Shown here in pieces: positions 12,602-24,600 of a stretch of 64,000 nucleotides of DNA. Source of the DNA: Macrostomum lignano (Eukaryota); contig NIVC01002783.1 in NCBI GenBank assembly GCA_002269645.1, positions 32,222 through 96,221 of the forward strand, read 5' to 3'. Numbering within the stretch: position 1 is the first letter of the stretch; each line of letters begins with the position of its first letter. The position numbers and the translations under genes were made by a program. The notes below the pieces were generated by a model. The model was not told the origin of the DNA, made no database searches, and saw nothing but the letters and a program-made list of their open reading frames with translations.

Positions 12602-15600
12602 ATGGCCAGCGTTGAGCCAAGTGAGCCGTCACACCAGCAGGTGCCGGTCATGGGCCCCATGCGGGTCGGCAGCATGCGCAAGCAGCAGCAGGGCAGTCCG
12701 AGGGATTACGGTGAGTGAAGGGCGGCGAGAGAGCGGTCTCAGTCCGAGTTTGCTGTTGATTTTGAATATCAACGGGCTATTCGTGATTTTCAACAGTCAT
12801 TCACCTTTAGATCATCGCTGGTTTATCGCACCTTTGCGTATTGTCTCCTCAAAGTGTCTATTGCAATTAGCATTTGTCTACTCCAGGTGTCTATCGCTAT
12901 TAGCATTTGTCTACTCCAGGTGTCTATCGCTATTAGCATTTGTCTACTCAAGGTGTCTATCGCTATTAGTCACTTACTTCCTCAAAGTGTCTATCGCTAT
13001 TAATCATTTGTCTACTCCAGGTGTCTATCGCTATTAGTCATTTGTCTACTCAAGGTGTCTATCGCTATTAGCATTTGTCTACTCCAGGTGTCTATCGCTA
13101 TTAGTCATTTGTCTACTCCAGGTGTCTATCGCTATTAGCATTTGTCTACTCAAGGTGTCTATCGCTATTAGTCATTTGTCTACTCCAGGTGTCTATCGCT
13201 ATTAGCATTTGTCTACTCCAGGTGTCTATCGCTATTAGTCATTTGTCTACTCCAGGTGTCTATCGCTATTAGCATTTGTCTACTCAAGGTGTCTATCGCT
13301 ATTAGTCATTTGTCTACTCCAGGTGTCTATCGCTATTAGCATTTGTCTACTCCAGGTGTCTATCGCTATTAGCATTTGTCTACTCAAGGTGTCTATCGCT
13401 ATTAGTCACTTACTTCCTCAAAGTGTCTATCGCTATTAATCATTTGTCTACTCCAGGTGTCTATCGCTATTAGCATTTGTCTACTCCAGGTGTCTATCGC
13501 TATTAGTCATTTGTCTACTCCAGGTGTCTATCGCTATTAGCATTTGTCTACTCCAGGTGTCTATCGCTATTAGTCATTTGTCTACTCCAGGTGTCTATCG
13601 CTATTAGTCATTTGTCTACTCCAGGTGTCTATCGCTATTAGTCATTTGTCTACTCCAGGTGTCTATCGCTATTAGCCACTTATTTCCTCAAAGTGTCTAC
13701 CACTCTTAGCCACTTGTCTCCTCAAGGTGTCTATCGCTATTAGCCATTTGTCTACTCCATGTGTCTATCGCTATTAGTCATTTGTCTACTCCAGGTGTCT
13801 ATCGCTATTAGCATTTGTCTACTCCAGGTGTCTATCGCTATTAGTCATTTGTCTACTCCAGGTGTCTATCGCTATTAGCATTTGTCTACTCAAGGTGTCT
13901 ATCGCTATTAGTCATTTGTCTACTCCAGGTGTCTATCGCTATTAGCATTTGTCTACTCCAGGTGTCTATCGCTATTAGCATTTGTCTACTCAAGGTGTCT
14001 ATCGCTATTAGTCACTTACTTCCTCAAAGTGTCTATCGCTATTAATCATTTGTCTACTCCAGGTGTCTATCGCTATTAGCATTTGTCTACTCCAGGTGTC
14101 TATCGCTATTAGTCATTTGTCTACTCCAGGTGTCTATCGCTATTAGCATTTGTCTACTCCAGGTGTCTATCGCTATTAGTCATTTGTCTACTCCAGGTGT
14201 CTATCGCTATTAGTCATTTGTCTACTCCAGGTGTCTATCGCTATTAGTCATTTGTCTACTCCAGGTGTCTATCGCTATTAGCCACTTATTTCCTCAAAGT
14301 GTCTACCACTCTTAGCCACTTGTCTCCTCAAGGTGTATATCGCTATTAGCCACTTGTCTTCTCAAGGTGTCTATCGCTATTAGTCATTTGTCTACTCCAG
14401 GTGTCTATCGCTATTAGTCATTTGTCTACTCCAGGTGTCTATCGCTATTAGCATTTGTCTACTCCAGGTGTCTATCGCTATTAGCCACTTATTTCCTCAA
14501 AGTGTCTACCACTCTTAGCCACTTGTCTCCTCAAGGTGTCTATCGCTATTAGCCACTTGTCTTCTCAAGGTGTCTATCGCTATTAGCCATTTGTCTTCTC
14601 AAGGTGTCTATCGCTATTAGTCATTTGTCTACACCTGACCCTACTTCAGCTCTCTCCCCTGAGTCAGGTTTGCTGAAATATAGTTAGTTCAAACCAGTCT
14701 GTGACAGGAAGATGCCAAAACAGTTCAGCATTGACTGCTAGATCTAGCTATCGAGATTGTAACAGCCAGCAGTTCAATTCACACTCACAGAGAGTGGTCC
14801 CTCCGATTCTTTTAGTGTTGATTGAGCCGTGAATTATTTAATCGGCCATTGGAGTTCCCTCTCTCTCTCTATCCCTCATTTTCTGGATATCGCGCGGAGC
14901 AATGGGTTTTCTTGATCCCCCCAGCGACTGCCTCCGCTACAGTTGCGGCGAGATAAAAGGCTATGGGGAGAGAGCGGGAAGTGTCGCTGAAGTCGCCGAC
15001 TTCGCCCGACCCCCTGTTGCTGCAAACTGTGCGAAGCCCCCTTGACGCAAAAACACGCTCTGTCACTGCACTCGCATTTTATAATGGAATATCAACAACT
15101 TCATTTTTGTTCGACCACGCTGAGCAGTGCTCAAGGGAGGGTTCCCGCTTGGCCGGGGCGTGCTATTCCCTGTTTACTTTCTTTGCATCAAAATTCTGTT
15201 TGAAGTTGGAACAGAATCTGCTTCAACTCCCGAATCTTCAACGCTTTTATCAGTGGCGCATGCGGGCATCTCTCCCAGTAGGTTCAAAACTCGGCTTCTA
15301 GCTGAAATTTGCTTTGGTTGCTGCTTTTAGTAGTGAATTAAGTGAATAAATTCAGTGGTGTAGCTCGGACCGAAGCTGATTCTATTTAAGTCTATTAGTC
15401 AATTGGAACAGCTAATAAGGTTCTATGATCAGCCAATTAAAAGTTTATGATCAAGCAATAAACAGTTTATGATCAATCAATAAACAGTATTTTTTCTAAT
15501 CAATCAATAAACAGTTTAGGATCAATCAATTAACAGTTTATGACCAGTCAATAAACAGTTTATGATCAATCAAGATTATGATGATTTATAATAAATCAAT

Positions 15601-18600
15601 AAACAGCTTCGGATGAATCAATAAACAGCTTCGGATGAATCAATAAACAGCTTCGGATTAATCAATAAACAGTTTATGATCAATCAATAAACAGTTTAGG
15701 ATCAAGCAGTAAACAGTTTATGATCAATCAGTAAACAGTTTATGATCAATCAATAAACAGTTAAGGATCAAGCAGTAAACAGTTTATGATCAATCAGTAA
15801 ACAGTTTATGATCAGTCAATAAACAGTTTAAGATCAAGCAGTAAACAGTTTATGATCAATCAGTAAACAGTTTATGATCAGTCAATAAACAGTTTAAGAT
15901 CAAGCAGTAAACAGTTTATGGTCAATCAATAAACAGTTTATGGTCAATCAATAAACATTTTAGGATCAAAAAATAAAAAGTTTATGATCAGTCAATAAAC
16001 AGTTTAGGATTAATCAATAAACAGTTTATGATTAGTCAATAAACAGTTTAAGATCAAGCAGTAAACAGTTTATGGTCAATCAGCAAAAAGTTTAGGATTA
16101 AGCAGTAAACAGTTTATGGTCAATCAGCAAACATTTTAGGATCAAGCAGTAAACAGTTTATGGTCAATCAATAAACATTTTAGGATAAAAAAATAAAAAG
16201 TTTATGATCAGTCAATAAACAGTTTAGGATCAGCCTATGCTCAGCCTAGAATCAATATGAAGCAAAGGACAACCAATTGTCACAACAAAAATCACCCCAG
16301 AGACTTATCGCACAGTGAAGCGTGCTCTCCCACTATCGATTTGCTCAGTAATTAATTGGCAGCCACGTATTTCGGCTGTGCAAGCACCGTCTCTCGGTTC
16401 AAGGCACTCTGCAACGATTGGCCCCACTTACTTTTGTTAGCACAACTGCTTTTCAAAGTGCCATCCAGCTGAAGAGGCAAAATGACTGGCACATTGGCCG
16501 GTGTCGTGTGCAATATAATCTTAGTTTTTCGATTTCCTATTGCTATTTCTATTTTCTATTACCACGTCTCTTCCACCCCTTCTCCCGTCTCCTCCGCCCC
16601 CTTCTTCCATCTCCTCCGCCCCCTTCTTCCATCTCCTCCGCCCCCTTCTTCCGTCTCCTCCGCCCCCTTCTACCGTCTCTTCCGCCCCTTCTCCCGTCTC
16701 CTCCGCCCCTTCTTCCGTCTCTTCCGCCCCCTCCCGCCTCTTCCGCCTCTTCTCCCGTCTCTTCCGATCCCTTCTCCCGTCTCTTCCGCCCCCATCTCCT
16801 GTCTCTTCCGCCCTTCCTCATTCTTCCGCCCCTTCTCTTGTCTCTTCCGCCCCCTCCTTCCATCTCTTTCCACCCTCCTTGCACCTTTTCTCCCTTCCAT
16901 ACTACTTAGTTATCAATAATAGGGAGCGAATTTATAGTTGATAATTTATAGTTGTATTGAGTTTCTACAGGGAAGTTTATTAAATAGAATGTAGATGGGA
17001 GTTTCTACACCTGTTTTCACTTGTCGCTCGCAGCAGGTGTTGGGCTGCCAATCTGCCAGATCGCCTTAGCCTTAGCACTGGCCTTAGCTTCTTGGACCCA
17101 AGCCGTGGGCAAGCGAAATTGGATAAGGGATAGGGCCAGACCAGCTGTCCAATCATATGGCAACCTCATCGATTTGCCCAGAGTTCAATCCAAAGTCAGA
17201 GCGAGAAGTGCAGAAGCTAGTATAAATATGTGAGGCCCGCTCTCTAGAACAGCGAGCCTTCTAAAGTGACAAATACTAAACGATAGAACAAATAAAGCTG
17301 CGAGACAATAATGCACGCCGCCGCCATGCGAAGTAGAGAGAAACCGCCAGCCACAGGACCTCTGAGTGATCCCAGTGAGCTCTTTGGGAAGCTTTATTAC
17401 AGCTGAAGATAGACACACTTTTATGTGCTATTTAACTTGTATTTTATCTATTTTCTCCAGATAACTACATGTTAAAATCTGTAGATAGAGACAAACCGTT
17501 TTTAGTATAGTGGACTAGCACACTCCCCCCTTTGGGGGTTGGCCTTAATGAAATCTTGACGTTGCAAATATTATTTAAAATTATATCACTGCGCTAAAAA
17601 TAGCTAGAGAGCACTTTAATAAAGCTACAAAATTATTCACAATGGTACGATTGGAAAAAGATTAGATGGACACATATAAATACGAGTATACTGGGACAGA
17701 CAGACAGACAGACAGACTAAGACGGCACGAAGATACGACTACTTTCAAATGCTTATAGTTCAATCCTAACGGAACAAAATTCCCGAGACTTATTAACACG
17801 GGAACAGTGCCTATAATACCCCATCTCTCCATTGCCCACCGCAGGCCAGCAGCGGGACTCCCAGGGCATGGGATTCTGCGGTGGCGTCCTCATCATCCTG
17901 TCGTACGCGCTCATTGTGGTGACTCTACCGCTGTCATTGTGCCTCTGCATCAAGGTAAGCACAAACTAATAAGACTTCCAATTTAGCTCTATAAATAGCT
18001 TAGAAACATATTATGATTTTATTGAACCGAGATACTGAGTGAGTGTTAAAGGAATTCGTGGGCTATATGAAAATTAACTGTCTGGGTTTGGTTTCAATTA
18101 AATTTTCAATATCAGATAATCAGCGAAACGATTCCTAAAAGCCGATAGCACTGAAAGCTTGTTATGGTTGGGGCAGGTGCTGGCAGCCCACAGATGGACT
18201 GGGGAGGTGCTGGCAACACACAGATGGACTGAGGAGGTGCTGGCAACCCACAAACGAATTGGAAAATGTGCTGGCAACCCGCAGATGGACTGGGGAGGTG
18301 CTGGCAACCCACAAACGAATTGGAAAAGGTGCTGGCAACCCGCAGATGGACTGAGAGAGGTGTTAGCAACCCACAGATGGACTGGGGGAGGTGTTAGCAA
18401 CCCACAGATGGACTGGGAGAGGTGCTGGCAACCCACAAATGAATTAGAAAAGGTGCTGGCAACCCGCAGATGGACTGAGGGAGGTGTTAGCAACCCACAG
18501 ATGGACTGGGGAGAGGTGTTAGCAACCCACAGATGGACTGGGGAGAGGTGTTAGCAACCCACAGATGGACTGGGGGAGGAGCTGGCAACCTGCAGATGGA

Positions 18601-21600
18601 CTGGGGAGGAGCTGGCAACCCACAGATGGACTGGGGAGGAGCTGGCAACCCGCAGATGGACTGGGGGAGGAGCTGGCAACCCACATATGGACTGGGGGAG
18701 GAGCTGGCAACCCACAGATGGACTGGGGGAGGTGTTAGCAACCCACAGATGGACTGGGGGAGGTGTTAGCAACCCACAGATGGACTGGGGGAGGAGCTGG
18801 CAACCCAAAGATGCGCTACACTGAAGCAACCCCGTTTTAGCGCGCATCATCAGGTGCAGAGCTACCAGTAGGGAAATCGATGCTACCAACCCAAACCTTC
18901 CCACTCTGACCAGGTGGTGGCCGAATACGAGCGGGCCGTGATCTTCCGCCTTGGTCGAATACTCGAAGGCGGCGCCAAAGGCCCCGGCCTGTTCTTCATT
19001 GTGCCCTGCATGGACATCATTCGCAAGGTGGACCTGCGCACAGTGACCTTCGATGTGCCGCCGCAGGAGGTGAGCAAGCTTCAACTGGTTGCTAATTGCG
19101 AAAGCTAGGACCCCCAAAGACAACTAAAATTTGACAGGACGCCAGACCATGGACAACAGTAGCAAACGACAGGCCATGGTTTTTATGTCAATTGTCTGAA
19201 ATATGATTAATAAGTGTTATTAAAGGTATGCCACAACGGGGATCGAACTCAGGTCTTATGGCGCAATCGATGCATTGAGCATCTGGCCAAGGTTACAAAA
19301 ATAGCTGACTGGACTAACTTCTGGGGTTTTTAGCGGTCACAAAAATAATAGCAGCGCGAGTGGCTATTTTCTGAAATAGCAAAGCCAATCAAGGCAGTTC
19401 AGTTCTATAAAGTGAGGATAAATTTCCCGAAGGGCGCCGCTCTGCGCTGGGGTAATTGGATTTCTTATTATTCATTGTTTCGCGGCGAGCGCCTCATGAG
19501 GGAGGGGCCGCCGGGCTTCGGCCCTCAGTGTCGGAGCGAGTCGGCCGGTCGCGTGCGTGGAGGGCGGGGACTCCGCATTTCTGTCTTATTTTTCTAATCA
19601 ATTCCGCCGCTGGCAGACCGGGGCTGGCCAGGCGGGGGGGGGTCGCTGGGAAGGAGGATGCAGGAAGGTACGCCAGGGAAGTCTGGAAGAGGGCGGAGAG
19701 GGAGAGAAAATGAAGAGAGCACTTCAGGATTCAGGTGAGTAGGATTTGTCCCAGAGTCTAGGGTCTGACTACTCCTGAATATTTACAGAAAAAATGCATT
19801 AAAAAGCCAGCGCAAAAACGTCTCCATCCCAGGCGTTGGACAAGTATGGAGCGTCGAATTTGGTAAAAAGAAAGCAAAGCCGATCAGGCTGGCTTTTTGG
19901 TTGGCTGACGAACTAACAGAGACGGGAGTGATAGAATCACATTGCGGACACACTGTAGCTGTGTTTGCTTGCATAGGCCGCACACTGACTGATGATGAGT
20001 CCGTTCAGAGATGCTGGGGTGTCAGCACAGTAGTGATGGAGCTTTGCAGTTTGCGCACATCTTCATCCTGCTCTATAGTGCGGCCATTTTGGGCTTACTG
20101 GCTGGGATGACCCCATCTCCCAGAGTCTAATCTCCTCATTATTCCGCATCTCAATTACCACCTAGGCCATCCCGCGCCTGTGACCAGAATCACCATCCCT
20201 TCACCTTCCCAAATCCCAAATGGGAATTATCTTGTTTCTCGCCTGTCGTCCCTTCATGCAACACCGATCCATTAATCGGGTCAGGCCTTCCTCCTTTGAC
20301 CCGGGACCTCTCAGTCTGCCGCGTTAATCTGGGCCTCTCAAGTGTGAGCGACGAGTGCGTGAATGCAGCCCTGTCGTCCGTCGTCTTGTGCAGCGCGTCG
20401 CGATGATGGACGGATCTAAGGGGCTGGGTGAGAGGCGGGCAGGGCTGTACCACACCGAGTGTTCATTTTGCCGTGACGCATTCTCTTTATGATTTATCAT
20501 ATTTTTTTCACCGCAATGAGTGCAAGATGATTTTCAGTGCATGCTTTCTATTCAAGTGGAAATGCTTGCAATATTCTAAGAATCCTTGACTTTGTCTGTC
20601 CGGTGCAGGTGCTCACGAAGGACTCTGTCACGGTGGCCGTTGACGCGGTCGTGTACTACAGAATCTACAACCCAGTGATCGCCGTAACTAATGTTGAAGA
20701 CGCGGACAGGTCCACCCGCCTGCTGGCCGCCACCACCCTGCGCAACGTGCTGGGCACGAAGAACCTGTCCGAGATTCTGTCGGAACGCGAGAGCATCAGC
20801 AACATGATGCAGGCGAGTGCTCAGGAATTGTGCTTGCCATTTCTCATGCCTAATAATGCCATGTTGAATTGAGCTCAAAGAGGTGCTGCTCTCAGTCTCA
20901 AAGAGTTGCTTTTGCGTTTTTTGCTACATTGCATCGCTAAAACTGTCGGGTCTGGCAGCAAATCGGTCTGTTGCTTGAGGCAAAAAGTGAAACAGCGAAG
21001 GCATTGCAGTCTACTGTATCTACACGCATTCTCATGCTTCCTACTCAGCTCTCACGGCATCCCTGCCTCAGGCTGAGAAAGCGCCCACTGAACTACTGTA
21101 GTGTGTAGCATTTTTCTTGGCGCGAAGTGCCTGTCTGTGCCTCAGTCCGCATCGCTACTATGCATGGATCCGCCTGGCAACTCTACAAACTAAAAGCGAA
21201 ATGCACAAAAAGCAGACAGGCGGAAAGAAGGGGCAGGGCATGCAGGGTGAGAGGCAACGAGGAAGCGGCGATGATGAGGAAGAGCAGGGCAGCTGGGAGG
21301 GCGGCGCAGAGGTGGCGGCGCGCGGCGTCAGCTGGTGCCAGGAAGGCTTGTCAGCTTTGCGTGACTGATGCTGAGCAAACATTGCCCTCCCCGGTCATCT
21401 GCTGGCCACCACCCTCAGCCGCAGCTGCAGGGTGCATGGAAGATTGCCTTTTTAGTGACGGTCAAACTGCGCTACCCGCCAGCCGTCCAGCCATCAGCAC
21501 CAACTTTTCTGATCATGAAAAAGTGTCGGGGGAAAGTTTATCCCGGACCTTCCGTCCGCCGCCTCTCCGACCGAGTAATTTAATTTTTTTTCACCTCACT

Positions 21601-24600
21601 TCTCAGTGCTCAAACAGTAGTCCTGCTGCAGCGTTTCAGTGTCCAGTCCATCTCCTTTTTCAGCTTGTCAGTCACACGCAAGCTAGCCAGTCCAATTTAA
21701 AGCCCAGTCAAAGCTCCAATCCATCGCGTCTGAGAACAAATTGGTTGCATGCGGCTCAAAGCCGGAGGCGCCACACTCCGTGTTCAATTTCCTGAACTGG
21801 GCCGCCAGCATCCGTTTTCAGACTGAAAGTGGGTGTTAACCAGGAAATTTGCCATCAAAGACGTCCTGCCTTTTTTGCTGCCTTTGCTGGGGAGGCCAAA
21901 ATTTATTCTTTGCCTTGATTTTACCGCAACAGGCCAATTTTCTTGCTTGCTTGATGCTTTTGAGACAGGCTCAGTGTAGCAGCACTCGCTTAAGTGAATT
22001 TTTTCTGCATTATCTAGAAAGGAAGCAATAAAGTATGTTTTGTTTGTCATATTTGTGTCCGAAGTGATATTTTCCATCCATATTCATCTAGATACTAGCT
22101 CGTAAACTAGGGGATTCACCTGATAGCCTTGACCTTCATGACTCACTTGATAGCCTTGACCCTTCCTGACTCACTTGATAGCCTTGACCTTCCTGACTCA
22201 CTTGATAGCCTTGACCTTCCTGACTCACTTGATAGCCTTGACCTTCCTGACTCACTTGATAGCCTTGACCCTTCCTGACTCACTTGATAGCCTTGACCCT
22301 TCCTGACTCACTTGATAGCCTTGACCCTTCCTGACTCACTTGATAGCCATGACCCTCCCTGACCCTCTTTCGATTGCCATGACCCTCCCTGACCCTCTTT
22401 CGATTGCCATGACCCTCCCTGACCCTCTTTCGATTGCCTTGACCCTCTCTGACACTCTTTAGATTGCCTTGACCCTCTCTGACACTATTTCGATTGCCTT
22501 GACCCTCCCGGACCATCTCTCGATTGCCTTGACCCTCCCTGATCATCTCTCGATTCCCTTGACCCTCCCTGATCATCTTTCGATTGCAATGACCCTCCTT
22601 GATGATCTCTCGATTGCCTTGACCCTCCCTGATCATCTTTAGATTGCCTTGACCCTCCCTAACTCTCCCTCGATTGCCTTGACCCTCCCTGACTCTCCCT
22701 CGATTGCCTTGACCCTCTCTGACACTCTTTCGATTGCCTTGACCCTCCCTGACTATCCCTCGATTGCCTTGACCCTCTCTGACCATCTCTCGATTGCCTT
22801 GACCCTCCCTGACCATCTCTCGATTGCCTTGACCTTCCCTGACTCTCCCTCGATTGCCTTGACCCTTCTGACTCTCTCTCGATTGCCTTGACCCTCTCTG
22901 ACACCCTTTCGATTGCCTTGACCCTCTCTGACCATCTCTCGATTGCCTTGACCCTCTCTGACACCCTTTCGATTGCCTTGACCCTCTCTGACCATCTCTC
23001 GATTGCCTTGACCCTCCCTGACCATCTCTCGATTGCCTTGACCCTCTCTGACACCCTTTCGATTGCCTTGACCCTCTCTGACCATCTCTCGATTGCCTCG
23101 ACCCTCCCTGACTCTCCCTCGATTGCCTTGACCCTCCCTGACTCTCCCTCGATTGCCTTGACCCTCTCTGACACTCTTTCGATTGCCTTGACCCTCCCTG
23201 ACTCTCCCTCGATTGCCTTGACCCTCCCTGACTCTCCCTCGATCGGCTTCACCCTCCCTGACCATCGAATGCCATCTTGACTAGGCCCGACTCTGTGGAC
23301 ACAAGATCAAGCATGTAGCGGCCAGTTGGCCAACAAAAGTCTTCATCGAACTCGATGGAGGGCACCCCCATCGCCCGAATCTGTTTGCAATTCTAGGCCA
23401 TGCTGGATGACGCCACAGACCCCTGGGGTGTCAAGGTGGAGCGAGTTGAGGTGTAAGTCTCAGACACTTTGATTCTATTAATTTTAACTCGACGCCCCTC
23501 CCGCCCCTCCCACTTTTCCTATTTTTTCCTTCCGACGGCTGACGCAACTCGCAGGAGTCCCTCGACGACGCCACAGACCCCTGGGGTGTCAAGGTGGAGA
23601 GGGTCGAGGTGTAAGTGAAAACGATCTGGACTGCTGACCCTCGAAGGCGTAGGGAAAGCAAATTCTGAGCTGCTATTTTTGTCGCTTCTGTGGGGAAATT
23701 CGGGGCGAGGGGATGATATTAGCGACACCCGGCTTGTCGGTGGCGGCTTTCCTGCACTGCACTGGCTGGCATTGCACTGTGCTTCACTGGTGGCGGCACG
23801 GCGCGTTCGCGGTCTGGTTAATCTCTGTTTACTGTTTATGAATACTCGATTATTGATGTAGTGCTGGAAAATGTGCGAATTTGTGCCCTAGTTTCAAATT
23901 CTTCATACCTTCAGAGTGAACTAGAGCTGATCAGTATAGGTCACTCTAATATCTAGTGTCAGAACGAACTAAAGCTGATCAGTATAGGTCACTCCAATAT
24001 CTAGTGTCAGAACGAACTAGAGCTGATCAGTATAGGTCACTCCAATATCTAGTGCCAGAGTGAACTAGAGCTGATCAGTATAGGTCAGTATGTCACTATG
24101 ATTAATAGCTAGTGTCGGAGTGAACTATAGAGCTGATCAGTATGTCACTATGACTAATAGCTAGTGTCGGAGTGACCTACAGTTGATCAGTCCAATAGCC
24201 GTTATCGCAAATTCGATTTCATTTTCAAATTTAGAAATCGCACTCATTGTAAACCTTTTTCCATCGGATATTAACCTCATTTAGTGTGCAACTTTCCTCT
24301 TGCTTTTATAATTTGCTTCAAAATTGAGCAGCAATTTAGTTACTGATCAGTTAAAAAATTGCACATTTTATACAGTTTCAGTAAAACAAATTGAACGAAA
24401 AAATCCGGAAAATTTAGCGCTGTTATATCCCATAGCAATCGACAGAGTTTCGTGCTATTTTAAACACCTTCCTCTCCAACTGTATGTAGCTGCTATTGCT
24501 GATGCCTGCGCCCAGCATGCCACAGGACTGACTGGCGGCCTGTAACTGACGCTGCTTATCCAGGAAGTCCGAAGCACCATTGCTGGCTTTTTCTTTCTTA

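Noticed and set aside
19225-19295. Minus-strand tRNA/SINE-head-like segment (GAGTTCGATCC B-box-like)
   Set aside because: Too short and degenerate to call without a second copy.
19710-19740. ATG..G|GTGAGT exon-like segment in stomatin intron 3
   Set aside because: The phase-1 donor is incompatible with phase-0 exon 4 and would hit a stop quickly; a non-coding role is unsupported.
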